Source: Macrostomum lignano (lineage: Eukaryota). Taken from it: DNA of 64,000 nucleotides. Positions 38,466-50,307 of the stretch are shown one piece after another. Location of the stretch: positions 11,514-75,513 of the forward strand of contig NIVC01003816.1 of the NCBI GenBank assembly GCA_002269645.1, in the 5' to 3' direction. Numbering within the stretch: position 1 is the stretch's first letter; every line of letters begins with the position of its first letter. Below the pieces are notes generated by a model. It ran no database searches and was not told the origin of the DNA. It saw only the letters and a program-made list of their open reading frames with translations. The translations under genes were made by a program, and so were the position numbers.

Positions 38466-38564
38466 CTGCGGGAATGCGGGTGCGCAGTTAGGGTCGGGCG
38501 GTGCTGGCTCTAGGTTGTGATATTTGGGATGAGCATCAGTGGGGGCAGAGAAAAGGGGATCAGA

Positions 38565-39950
38565 GAGATGGGGATCAGAGAGATGGGGATAAGAGGAGAT
38601 TGGGATCAGAGAGATGGGGATAAGAGAGATTGTGATCAGAGAGATGGGGACCAGAGAGATTATTATTAGATAAAAAGGGATCAGAGAGATTAGGATCAGA
38701 GACATGGGGATCAGAGACATGGGGATCAGAGACATGGGGATCAGAGAGATGAAGATCAGAGAGATGGGGATCAGAGAGATGAGAATCAGAGAGATAGGGA
38801 TCAGAGAGATGAAGATCAGAGAGATGGGGATCAGAGAGATGAGAATCAGAGAGATAGGGATCAGAGAGATGAAGATCAGAGAGATGGGGATCGGAGAGAT
38901 AGGGATCAGAGAAAAGGATTAAAGAGATAGAGATCAGAGAGATGGGGATCAGAGAGATGAGAATCAGAGAGATTGGGATCAGAGAGATTAGGATTAAATA
39001 AATAGGGATTAGAGAGATTAGGATTAGATAAATAGGGATCACAGAGATTAGGATCAGAGACATGGGGATCAGAGAGAGAAATCAGAGAGAAGATCAGAGA
39101 GACTGGGTTCATAGAGATGGGGTTGAGAGAGATGGGGATGAGAAAGATGGGGATCAGAGAGATGGGGATCAGAGAGAGAAATCAGAGAGAAGATCAGAGA
39201 GACGGGGTTCATAGAGATGGGGGTGAGAGAGATGGGGATGAGAAAGATGGGGATCAGAGAGATGGGGATCAGAGAGATGGGGATCAGAGAGATGGGGATC
39301 GGAGAGATAGGGATCAGAGAAAAGGGGATTAAAGCGATAGAGATCAGAGAGATGGGGATAAGAGAGATTGGGATCAGAGAGATTTTGTGATCAGAGAGAT
39401 TAGGATTAAATAAATAGGGATCAGAGAGATTAGGATTAAATAAATAGGGATCAGAGAGACGGGGTTCATAGAGATGGGGGTGAGAGAGATGGGGATGAGA
39501 GAGATGAAGATCAGAGAGATGGGGACAGAGAGATGGGGACCAGAGAGATGGAGATCAGAGAGATGGGGATGTGAAAGATGGGGATCAGAGAGATGGGGAT
39601 CAGAGAGATGTGGATCAGAGAAATGAAGATCAGAGGGATGGGATCACATACATGGAGATCAGAGAGATGGGAATCACATACATGGAGATCAGAGACGTGG
39701 GGATAAGAGAGATGGGGATCACATACATGGGGATCAGAGACGTGGGGATCAGAGAGATGGGGATCAGAGAGATGGGGATCAGAGAGATAGGGATCAGAGA
39801 GATGGGGATCAGAGAGATAGGGATCAGAGAGATAAGGATCAGAGAGATGAGGATCACAGAGATGGGGATCAGAGAGATGAAGATCAGAGAGATAGGGATC
39901 AGAGAGATGGGAATCAGAGATTTGAGAATCAGAGAGATGGGGATCAGAAA
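38565..39950. repeat. 15-bp GA-rich minisatellite
   Basis: GATCAGAGAGATGGG. Confidence 0.95.
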
Positions 39951-40020
39951 CTTGGGGACGAGGCCTTGATCTCACCTTCAAGCAATAAACAAGCAACATA
40001 ATGTGGATCAAAGCACTTAC

Positions 40021-40096
40021 CCATTTGTAAAAGAACAATGTGAGAATTTTCAGCGCTCCAAACACAGCCAGAGGTGGACTAAAGAACGCGCCGAGC
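40021..40096 (-). CDS. TMC: TMC channel, exon 12
   Basis: LGAFFSPPLAVFGALKILTLFFYK resembles [24 protein letters not shown]. Confidence 0.92.
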
Positions 40097-40189
40097 CTGA
40101 AGAGAACCAATGATGATAGCCATAGTAACAATCAGACTAAAAACTTTGTTATACATATAGTCAAGATAGAACAAGCAAGTCCAACTTAC

Positions 40190-40294
40190 CAAAGCAAAGC
40201 AGCGGAGAATGTGAGACAGGCGGCATTGTAGCTGATGTCAATGTTCAGCTTGATGGATCTCTGCAGAGCTGGGAGGGGCAGCAAGCTAAGCAGC
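40190..40294 (-). CDS. TMC: TMC channel, exon 11
   Basis: NIDISYNAACLTFSAALLW resembles EFxIxxNVLxIVYxQTICW; phase 2-2. Confidence 0.88.
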
Positions 40295-40419
40295 CTGCGA
40301 TGGGTTGGGTGAGTTGGAAAAGCATACATCAAAATATAGTAGCCAGAACTTATACAATTATTGATGATAAACAGAATGAGATTTGAGGGTGACACTGTAT
40401 AGGAAACTTATGGTGTGAG

Positions 40420-40770
40420 ATAGAGGATGAGACAGGGATGAGATTGGAGACGAGACCAAGGCGTGACATTCGAGATGAGACTAAGGGATGAGATTGGAGA
40501 TAAGACAAAAGGGTGAGATTGGATGCGATAAGAGATGAGAAAAGGGGTGAGATTGGTTGATGAGACGAGGCGTGTGCGTGAGATTAGAAATAAGACAAAG
40601 GGGTGAGATTAGAGATGAAACAAAGTCGTGAGATTAGAGATGAGACAAAGGTTTGAGATTAGAGATGAAACGAAGAAGAGAGACTAGAGTTGAGACAAAG
40701 GGGTGAGAATGGAGACGAGACCAAGGCTGAGATTAGAGACGCGACCACGGCTGAGATGAGAGATTAGAAT
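40420..40770. repeat. Degenerate ~23-bp repeat
   Basis: GAGATTAGAGATGAGACAAAGGGGT-like units. Confidence 0.75.
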
Positions 40771-40856
40771 CTTCTGTGGTATTGAGGAAGAGAATTCGGA
40801 ACAAATGAGACTCATTTGTTATTCCATAAGGAATTGGTTGTTGCCGCTTAACTCAC

Positions 40857-41008
40857 TTTGGCAGAACCTCGAGAAGAAAAGACGATACCAGAGCAGCAAA
40901 GAAGTCGTAAAAGTTAAGCCGGTAGAGCTGGGCAGCCATCCAGGACTCCCAACAGAATTCATTCGCCTCGCTAGTCACAGACCAGCCGTCATGTAATTGC
41001 GAATGACC
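40857..41008 (-). CDS. TMC: TMC channel, exon 10 (TMC signature)
   Basis: CWESWMAAQLYRLNFYDF corresponds to the CWETxVGQExYKL signature. Confidence 0.92.
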
Positions 41009-41059
41009 CTGAAGAGGGGGATGGATTTTGTCTGGATTTCGAATTTTTACCACAGACAC

Positions 41060-41415
41060 ACACCTCACTCCCTGCCCTCAGCCACCCACCTCACTCCCTG
41101 CCCTCAGCCACCCACCCCACTCCCTGCCCTCAGCCACCCACCCCACTCCCTGCCCTCAGCCACCCACCTCACTCCTTGCCCTCAGCCACCCACCCCACTC
41201 CCTGCCCTCAGCCACCCACCCCACTCCCTGCCCTCAGCCACCCACCCCACTCCCTGCCCTCAGCCACCCACCCCACTCCCTGCCCTCAGCCACCCACCCC
41301 ACTCCCTGCCCTCAGCCACCCACCTCACTCCCTGACCACAGACACCCACCTCACTCCCTGACCACGGACACCCACCTCACTCCCTGACCACAGACACCCA
41401 CCTCACTCCCTGACC
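41060..41415. repeat. 26-bp minisatellite
   Basis: CACCCACC(C/T)CACTCCCTGCCCTCAGC. Confidence 0.95.
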
Positions 41416-41467
41416 ACAAAATCATAGCTACAGTACAATGCAAACTAATTGTAGTTTAAAAACTTAC

Positions 41468-41585
41468 CAACACTCTACAGGTGAAGTAATTTGAGTCGGA
41501 TTCCGCCTCCGATGAGTGGCAAAATATGAAAGCGTGCAGCACAAATGCTAAAGAAGCCACAGTCGCCAGGGTGAAGAGGCCACTT
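41468..41585 (-). CDS. TMC: TMC channel, exon 9
   Basis: SGLFTLATVASLAFVLHAFIFC; phase 2 to 0, GTAAGT donor. Confidence 0.85.
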
Positions 41586-41663
41586 CTGTAAATTTAGCGA
41601 CAAGAAATACGTGGCTCTAATCGTCAAATAACAAAAAGCTGCTTTCCCATTGCTGATTCTCAC

Positions 41664-41824
41664 CTGACTAGCGGATAGGTGACATTATAGTGCAGATCTG
41701 TGTGCCGCTCCATCATGGAAAGCACCCGGAGGCAACACAGGAAGCCATGATAGCCGATAATTATGCTGGCAAAAAAGGTGCCAGAGCTTGGCAACAGATT
41801 CGATGCGCTCAGGTGTTCCTGGGC
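41664..41824 (-). CDS. TMC: TMC channel, exon 8
   Basis: NLLPSSGTFFASIII...LSMMERH...PLVR matches the TMC LLPS...E...LxR pattern; phase 0 to 2. Confidence 0.85.
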
Positions 41825-41905
41825 CTGCGTTTATCAAAGAGAAATTATTTCCTTAATGAAGGTAGTAAAATAATAATTTGATAGACATACGAGTTTAATT
41901 CTCAC

Positions 41906-42067
41906 CTCCAAGTAGATATATTCGCGAAACATTATGATAAGCAGCAGACAGGCCACTACGATGAGCAGAAGGGAGACGACATTGATTACCAGCAGCTGCA
42001 GCAGGCTGCTGGCCCGGTCTGAGAAACCCGTCTGCCGCTGATGCTTGCCGATCTGCACCGCAGTCTC
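41906..42067 (-). CDS. TMC: TMC channel, exon 7
   Basis: ETAVQ...LLVINVVSLLLIVVACLLLII TM segment; 162 nt. Confidence 0.85.
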
Positions 42068-42111
42068 CTGAGGATGCGGCGTCGGTTGGCGGATGGCGCT
42101 GGGAATGGTAA

Positions 42112-43243
42112 CACCTCACTCCCTGGTTCTACACCCACCTCACTCAGTGGCTCTGGACCCACCTCACTCCCTGGCTCTACACCCACCTCACCCCCCGGCT
42201 CTACACCAACCTCACTCCCTGGCCCGTACACCCACCTCACTCCCTGGCTCGTAAACCCACCTCACTCCCTGGCCCGTACACCCACCTCACTCCCTGGCCC
42301 GTACACCCACCTCACTCCCTGGCTCGTAAAGCCACCTCACTCCCTGGCCCGTACACCCACCTCACTCCCTGGCCCGTACACCCACCTCACTCCCTGGCCC
42401 GTACACCCACCTCACTCCCTGGCCCGTACACCCACCTCACTCCCTGGCCCGTAAACCCACCTCACTCCCTGGCTCGTAAAGCCACCTCACTCCCTGGCCC
42501 GTACACCCACCTCACTCCCTGGCCCGTACACCCACCTCACTCCCTGGCCCGTACACCCACCTCACTCCCTGGCTCGTAAAGCCACCTCACTCCCTGGCCC
42601 GTACACCCACCTCACTCCCTGGCTCGTAAAGCCACCTCACTCCCTGGCCCGTACACCCACCTCACTCCCTGGCCCGTACACCCACCTCACTCCCTGGCCC
42701 GTACACCCACCTCACTCCCTGGCTCGTAAAGCCACCTCACTCCCTGGCCCGTACACCCATCTCACTCCCTGGCCCGTACACCCACCTCACTCCCTGGCCC
42801 GTACACCCACCTCACTCCCTGGCCCGTACACCCACCTCACTCCCTGGCCCGTACACCCACCTCACTCCCTGGCCCGTACACCCACCTCACTCCCTGGCCC
42901 GTACACCCACCTCACTCCCTGGCTCGTAAAGCCACCTCACTCCCTGGCCCGTACACCCATCTCACTCCCTGGCCCGTACACCCAACTCACTCCCTGGCCC
43001 GTACACCCACCTCACTCCCTGGCCCGTACACCCACCTCACTCCCTGGCCCGTACACCCACCTCACTCCCTGGCCCGTACACCCACCTCACTCCCTGGCCC
43101 GTACACCCACCTCACTCCCTGGCCCGTACACCCACCTCACTCCCTGGCCCGTACACCCACCTCACTCCCTGGCCCGTACACCCACCTCATCCACTGGCCC
43201 GTACACCCACCTCATCCACTGGCCCGTACACCCACCTCACTTC
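42112..43243. repeat. 25-bp minisatellite (~45 copies)
   Basis: GTACACCCACCTCACTCCCTGGCCC. Confidence 0.97.
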
Positions 43244-43317
43244 CTAACAAGCATACAAGCTCGTACTATATACATTCCCAATCACTGATCCACACAATCA
43301 TCCCTAACAATTCTCAC

Positions 43318-43471
43318 CTTAAAAGTGGTAGCAATGGCTGATCTTCGCTGAACCACAGCGCGCGGCCGTCGCATGGAGAAATCCCAGGCAGAAAACACGG
43401 TAGCAATTAGGCTGCTGCCGCGCAGCTCGCCACTGCTCTCCACATAGTGATCCTGCACCGCTGTTGTGAGC
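43318..43471 (-). CDS. TMC: TMC channel, exon 6
   Basis: TVFSAWDFSM resembles KVFAGWDFCI; phase 2 to 0. Confidence 0.9.
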
Positions 43472-43586
43472 CTTTCAAATTAGATCAAATGAGTACGAGA
43501 GCTATATTGATAACTGAACCGGCTCATTGGCTTAACACTTTGTTACATATAGGAAACGAATTATGAGATTTTCGCACTCAGCTCAC

Positions 43587-43726
43587 ATTTTCGCCACACA
43601 GATCAAGTTAAAGATAAGAAAACCGAGACCGGTGAAGAAGTAGGCATTTTTCAAATCGTATCCGCTGCCGTCTAGAGTTTTGTTTGAATAGGCGCCATAG
43701 TACAGCAGCGATTGCGGCCTGATGTC
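43587..43726 (-). CDS. TMC: TMC channel, exon 5
   Basis: SLLYYGAYSN...YDLKNAYFF resembles SVLFYGYYSN...YNLPLAYF; acceptor may instead be 43756 (same phase). Confidence 0.8.
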
Positions 43727-43803
43727 CTGCGGGTTTTTGCCATAATTGTGTCTGTACTGCAGTAGACTACAGCTCCAGATCACTTAGCCCCGCTCCATCA
43801 CCC

Positions 43804-44017
43804 AGGTCCATGAGAATCGCCCGCAGACGAATCGCCCGCCGAGATTTGTCCGCAGAGATTTCCCAAAGTGCATTTTGCCCGCGCGCGATTTGCCCGCCGT
43901 TTTTTTTCAGCCGAAGTTTGCCCGTAAAGCTTTTTTCGCTCGAGGGCAATTAACTCGCGGCCAAATTTCACTGCGGGAAATCTCGGCGGAAACGGCTCGA
44001 CAGGCAAATCTCCGTCA
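43804..44017. mobile_element. Degenerate foldback-like MITE in a TMC intron
   Basis: TTGCCCGC/GAGATTT subrepeats on the left, inverted AAATCTC/GCGGGAAA on the right; TIR match imperfect, no TSD. Confidence 0.35.
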
Positions 44018-44275
44018 TCCCTCCGTCACCCACCCCACTTATCTATATTCCCTCCGTCACCCACCCCACTTATCTATATTCCCTCCGTCACCCACCCCAC
44101 TTATCTATATTCCTTCCGTCACCCACCCCACTTATCTATATTCCCTCCGTCACCCACCCCACTTATCTATATTCCTTCCGTCAGCCTCCCCACTTATCTA
44201 TATCCCTTCCGTCACCCACCCCACTTATCTATATTCCCTCCGTCACCCACCCCACTTATCTATATTCCTTCCGTC
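44010..44275. repeat. 31-bp minisatellite
   Basis: CCCTCCGTCACCCACCCCACTTATCTATATT. Confidence 0.93.
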
Positions 44276-44323
44276 ACACTCCCCGCTTCCAATCTCCTCT
44301 ATCCAACATTGAAATCGACTCAC

Positions 44324-44490
44324 CCTGCCCAGCACAGCGTCAGCTAAAGTGGCATTATTAACAGCGTAAGCTGACCGACCAAAGCCTTTGGGCCTGAGCT
44401 GGGGAAACACCAGAAAGAAAAAGATTGACATGGCTGACAGCACCGTTGCCATGGCCAGCTGGCGGTAGATTGTAAAGAATGCGCCCACAC
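44324..44490 (-). CDS. TMC: TMC channel, exon 4 (TM1)
   Basis: YGTGVGAFFTIYRQL resembles TMC FGSGVASYFIFLRWL. Confidence 0.9.
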
Positions 44491-44580
44491 CTGTAAGGCA
44501 ACACAGAATAAGACGGAGCTGTGCTTATCATCGGCGCACACCTAGTGCACTGAACCGTCAATCTTATGGCTTTGTCTCAC

Positions 44581-44804
44581 CTGTGCCATAGTCGGCGGCT
44601 ACGCTATCGTCTATGGCCGAGCCGAACCCGGTCACCAGGTCGTACGCGCGCACGAGGCCGTGATAGATTGAGCGGACCAGTTTGAAAGCGCAGTTAGTGC
44701 GCTGAGTTAGTGGCTTCTGCTGGCCCGTCTCATCCTCCTGGGCCTGCAGTCGCTGAGCTCTAACTGCCTGCCTCTTGCGACTGGCTTTGAGCGCTGAGCC
44801 GCGA
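44581..44804 (-). CDS. TMC: TMC channel, exon 3
   Basis: ...LVTGFGSAIDDSVAADYGT before TM1; phase 2 to 1, GTGAGA donor. Confidence 0.8.
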
Positions 44805-44874
44805 CTGCGCAAGGGAAAGAAGACATTTTAAATCCTCAGTTGGCATGTGCCCAACTTGCTACACACCTTATTTC

Positions 44875-45120
44875 TCAGCAAATCACAACCCCTGCAGTTG
44901 GCTACAGACTTCTCAGACAATCACAACCCCTGCAGTTGGCTACAGACTTCTCAGCCAATCACAACCCCTGCAGTTGGCTACAGACTTCTCAGCCAATCAC
45001 AACCCCTGCAGTTGGCTACAGACTTCTCAGCCAATCACAACCCCTGCAGTTGGCTACAGACTTCTCAGCCAATCACAACCCCTACAGTTGGCTACAGACT
45101 TCTCAGCCAATCACAACCCT
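44875..45120. repeat. 38-bp minisatellite containing CCAAT
   Basis: CTCAGCCAATCACAACCCCTGCAGTTGGCTACAGACTT. Confidence 0.95.
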
Positions 45121-45188
45121 AAGCGATGCCACAGACTTATCAAACAAGCCGGATTCCTACGATATTCGTATTTAATCCGTTCACTCAC

Positions 45189-45453
45189 TATGCAGTCATG
45201 TAGGTTTGCTGCTCTGTGGCACCTATTGAAGCATCTCCAAGGCCTTCATCATTGCTACTCTCAGCGGCGCCGGCAGTAGGCGAAGCAGCAGCAGCGTTCA
45301 AGCTGCTCTGCGAAGCCGACTCGGTTCGAAGATTCCGAACTCTGTCAGACAGAGACTCCACACTGAGCCAGTCTGTAAGCGTGGAATTTATTTGTTCAGT
45401 TAAGTGCGTTGAAACAGATATTTGCAAGCGCTGAGGCAATTCTGCCCATTCCG
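45189..45453 (-). CDS. TMC: TMC channel, exon 2
   Basis: Open frame EWAELPQRLQ...QQTYMTA, GTGAGT donor; acceptor chosen for phase-1 compatibility. Confidence 0.65.
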
Positions 45454-45519
45454 CTGACTGCTGAGCACATACAAGCGCACCAATACTGTACGCAGGCACA
45501 GCACTCATGCACACGCTCA

Positions 45520-46015
45520 CACAGGATGTACAGCAGCCCTGACTTTCTGATCGTCAGGCATGTACACTCTCAGGCATGTACACTCTCAGGCATGTACACT
45601 CTCAGGCATGTACACTCTCAGGCATGTACACTCTCAGGCATGTACACTCTCAGGCATGTACACTCTCAAGCATGTACACTCTCAGGCATGTACACTCTCA
45701 GGCATGTACACTCTCAGGCATGTACACTCTCAGGCATGTACACTCTCAGGCATGTACACTCTCAGGCATGTACACTCTCAGGCATGTACACTCTCAGGCA
45801 TGTACACTCTCAGGCATGTACACTCTCAGGCATGTACACTCTCAGGCATGTACACTCTCAGGCATGTACACTCTCTGAGCCTTGGCGGCTGGCCCTCATG
45901 GGTGTTAAATCTCACGACAACCTCCACACACAAGCCGAATGTGGCCGAACATGGAATCGAACCAGGGGTCACAGATTGAGAGTCAGGCACATTCACCGCC
46001 AGGCTGCACTTCCCC
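45520..46015 (-). mobile_element. tRNA-derived SINE with internal 16-bp amplification
   Basis: Minus-strand A box (AGCCTGGCGG) and B box (GGTTCGATTCC); body and tail shared with copies at 6128 and 52124. Confidence 0.75.
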
Positions 46016-46076
46016 CTCCCCTTGAAACCACAATTGATTAATTGTGGCAACAATATTAATACGCGAGCATACTTAC

Positions 46077-46182
46077 GCATCTTGCTTGATGGCAGGTTTC
46101 TGACCACCTGCATTCCGCCAGATGGCTGCACAATCAGGCTACCAATGTCATCCAGAGGAATTGCTTCGATATTGCTGGCCAT
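46077..46182 (-). CDS. TMC: TMC-family channel, first coding exon
   Basis: MASNIEAIPLDDIG...VVRNLPSSKM, GTAAGT donor; start codon choice is inferred. Confidence 0.6.
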
Positions 46183-46864
46183 TGCTGACTCAAAGCGAAT
46201 GACTGTCAAAGCTTAAAAATAGTTGCATAATGACTCAATTATTACTTAAAGAACAAAACTATACTTGGAAATGTAACTTCAATTTAGTTATCCTACTGCA
46301 CTGGCTCATGCACCTGAAGGTGTAAACAAAGCATATATTTATACTTCCAGAATAACTATCCAGAAAATATAAAAACCCAAAATAGAATTTCATCATTCCC
46401 AGTGAAGTGCATCTAGTTATATTGAAAAAAAAATTAATTTATAATATGGAGTCTTATTAAACACCTAATATCCCTACATTAAGTACTTTATATAATAAAT
46501 ATTTACAGGAGGGCTGTGGGCACCTTGGCTCAATGCCTTCAGCAATGTCATTCCAATGGTGAGACAATTCCACCCATTGTACTAACTCTTGGGCACACAA
46601 GTTTTTAGATACTGCATGCAGTCACTCTATATGCTTACATATGGCATATAGTGGCACTACTATTCTAGTAGAGATGTTTTGAAATTTTAATTAGGATTTT
46701 GATTTCCCAAATTTTTTAATTTTCAAATGCAAATTTTGATTTTGAAAATTTAAGTCAAAATTTTGAGAGTCTAGTTTCAAAATTGTTTATTTTATTTAAT
46801 TTTCTTAGAAATGATTTCAGCTCTGATATGCAAAACCTTAAGCAGTCTAAAGATATAGTGCAGA

Positions 46865-46868
<4 letters not shown>

Positions 46869-46942
<74 letters not shown>

Positions 46943-46945
46943 TAA

Positions 46946-47002
<57 letters not shown>

Positions 47003-47005
47003 TAA

Positions 47006-47044
<39 letters not shown>

Positions 47045-47053
47045 TAAAGAGAA

Positions 47054-47117
<64 letters not shown>

Positions 47118-47194
47118 AGAGAAAGAGAGAGAGAGAAAGAGAGAGAGAGAGAAAGAGAGAGATGGGGAGTCGGGGAGAGAGAGAAAAGAGAGAG

Positions 47195-47257
<63 letters not shown>

Positions 47258-47341
47258 GAAATAACAAGAAAGAGAGAGAGAGAAAGAGAGAGAGAGAGAA
47301 AGAGAGAGATGGGGAGTCGGGGAGAGAGAGAAAAGAGAGAG

Positions 47342-47408
<67 letters not shown>

Positions 47409-47420
47409 GAAATAACAAGA
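46869..47420. repeat. (GA)n-rich microsatellite with an internal duplication
   Basis: GA runs; GATGGGGAGTCGGGGAGAG block occurs twice. Confidence 0.97.
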
Positions 47421-48728
47421 AAGAAAGAAAATGAAAAATAGAGGTAGACTATAACTAATAGCAAAAACCACAAGCAAGTCAAGGAGCTAAAACTAGGTCT
47501 ATAGAACCTTATTAGAATAATATAAAGAACTCACAAATAATGCACTGATGCCCTCATTGTACTTATGATTGCAACAGCATTAATTTTTGACAAATATTTA
47601 TATTTTATATTGCTAATAGCCTCTGTCTTAACAGACTAAATTCTTATAATAATTTAATATAGCATAAGACTAGAAATTTATACTTGATATCTAGCAAGAG
47701 CAAAAGTATCAATTGTTTAACAAAATAAATAATGCATACTTAAAAATAAAAAGAATGATACTCAATAATAAGCAACTTCTAAAAAGCGTAAAATATTAGA
47801 ATCTTCCTTCTTAGAGATCCAGTCAGAAAGTCAAAAACATGGTTGCAATTAAGGCTTGAAGCTTTGCTTAGAAACAAAATCATTCATAGGGCCTAGGGCG
47901 GTTTTCAACTAGGTGCTTTTCAATAAAAATACACCCTATCCTATGTATATATTTTTAACTACTTAGACGCACAATTTAAAGAAAAATTAAATATAATACC
48001 GAAACGGCGTAACATGGTCTATGGAAGATTCTTAATCTTTACCTGACTGCACACATAAATAAAAGATACAATAAACCAAGATAAAGAAACCAAGAACCAC
48101 TGCTTAAATGGTTTGTTAGAGTAGAGTTTGATTTATGTGACTCGTCTTAGAAATGTGACTCGTCTAAAATTACATTCCATTTCCAAAATGACAGTTTCTT
48201 AGAATTTCTTGCATTCTAATTCGTGCTTTAAAGCGTTGCCTGTACGGGTTAATTTTGTTTAGTCAACGTGGTCACACGAATGGGACTCTGCAGAGGACTG
48301 AGAATGTAAGCATAGCTATATTGAAGTTTAAAGGAAGCTATGTCTTCAGTTAAGGTACATGTAACTCAGGATTTAAATTTAGGATAATAATAAAATGATT
48401 ACACCTGCCCTTGGTGGGTAATGTGCAACCGACCACTTAGCCGCAGCTACATGTATTGCGCGCTATGGCGTAATAACTCTGCATGTATGTATTTCTTCTA
48501 TTTGAGATGCACCCACAATTTTATTTTTCATAAATATGCTACCGCGGCAGACCGGCAAGCAAACAAAGTTACGGCGAAATTCCAGTGTAGCTCTTATCTA
48601 AAGTCGTATTTTTAGACCATTTTACTGCTATCTTAACCGAATTTTTCTATGGTAAAACCCCATATAGCGCTATGCAACTGAAAAGATAAACAAGCCGCTT
48701 CAATAATAGCCTACATGATCGATCGAAA

Positions 48729-49447
48729 GGTTTACCCCCGATTCGCCGAATCCCGATTTGCCGATTCCCAGCTCGCCGAATTCTGATTCGCCGATTCCTG
48801 GTTCGCCGAAATTCCCGAGTCGCCTATTCCCGATTTGCCGAAATTCCTGATTTGCCGAAATTCCTTATTTGCCGAAATTCCTCATTTGCCGAATCCCGAC
48901 TTGCCGATTTCCTGATTCGCCGAATTCCCGACTCGCCGAATTCACTATTCGGTCAATTCGTACTACGTCGAATCTCTGGTAATGCCTGTGGCCTGTGCTA
49001 GCTAATAGATAAGCCATTCTTTGTTCGAACCTTGTGTATATTTTGCTTGTTTCATTCACTCTACTATTTCTTAGTGACTTATACTAATACTAATACTCAA
49101 GAAATAATAGAGTAAATGATAACAAGCAAAAATGTACAAAACGTTCGAGAAAAGAATGGAGCCTTATCTATTAGCTAGCACAGGCCACAGGCATTACCAG
49201 AGATTCGACGTAGTACGAATTGGCCTAATAGTGAATTCGGCGAGTCGGGAATTCGGCGAATCAGGAAATCGGCAAGTCGGGATTCGGCAAATGAGGAATT
49301 TCGGCAAATAAGGAATTTCGGCAAATCAGGAATTTCGGCAAATCGGGAATAGGCGACTCGGGAATTTCGGCGAACCAGGAATCGGCGAATCAGGATTCGG
49401 CGAGCTGGGAATCGGCAAATCGGGATTCGGCGAATCGGGGGTAAACC
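48729..49447. mobile_element. Foldback-type MITE (near-complete 719-bp palindrome; MULE- or Merlin-like)
   Basis: Arms of ~340 bp with TTCGCCGAA/TTTGCCGAA subrepeats; termini GGTTTACCCCC...GGGGGTAAACC; TSD GATCGAAA (or 10-bp CGATCGAAAG). Confidence 0.9.
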
Positions 49448-50049
49448 GATCGAAAGTTAATTTTGGCAATTTTACAGACACGTACATGTACATGTGTAAT
49501 GAAGATGTAAGACTACATTTAGGTAAATAGAAATTTATACACGCTTTTAGCAGCCTATCGCAAGACGATTTTACATACGTATATTTACTTTACTCATTTT
49601 CTGCCTATCATGGCTGTGAGCTACACAATTAATTGGCAGAAAAAGCCCACAAATAAACCGAATTATTCTCGATCTCACTTATATAGGCCAACAGAAAATA
49701 TGGCTAAACCTCGTACGTAGATAAATATAAGCACAGTACGCAGCCATTTCCCTTGTTCTACATACATCACATTGTAGTAGACTAGCATAAACTTCTTATT
49801 TTGTGAATTATATAGTCATGATATAAGAACAAAGACATATGCTTTTTAACTGTTTAAAAAGATTTTTGTTGTGAATTTACTTTAAATTTTTTAATAAAAA
49901 TCGTAAAAAATATTTTTAAATTCTTGAAATAACAATTGATTTTCGTTCCATGTAGTTTACAGTAATCAGGACGAATCGTGAATAAACACTTGTCGGACTC
50001 TTAATGAATTTTCCAGACAAAGCTGTACAGTGCACACACACAGTTTGGG

Positions 50050-50307
50050 TCAGCTCTCCCCTTGCTGGCTCAGGATTTCCACAGCGGCGTTCAAATCTCC
50101 GTTGGTGACTTGCAGGGCCAGCAGGCTGGCCGTGTCATCCGTGAAGCCCATGTCCCTGAGCTGGGGAACCAAATGGGAGTAATCTGAACCTTCATCGCCA
50201 AGACCTCCGCCGAGACCTCCGCCGAGACTTTTCATAAACTGCTCGAAAAGTTCAGGCATTTGGTCCAGCGGGTTGCCTCCCGACTGACTCTGCCGCCGAA
50301 TTGCCGC
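50050..50307 (-). CDS. UBL-UBA protein, terminal UBA exon
   Basis: QLRDMGFTDDTASLLALQVTNGDLNAAVEIL resembles UBL7 QLRDMGIQDDELSLRALQATGGDIQAALELI; stop at 50050. Confidence 0.88.
   Translation of the reverse strand, partial: AAIRRQSQSGGNPLDQMPELFEQFMKSLGGGLGGGLGDEGSDYSHLVPQLRDMGFTDDTASLLALQVTNGDLNAAVEILSQQGES

Noticed and set aside
45945-46015. Functional tRNA gene
   Set aside because: A and B boxes are present, but no convincing acceptor stem, and it is joined to a dispersed SINE body
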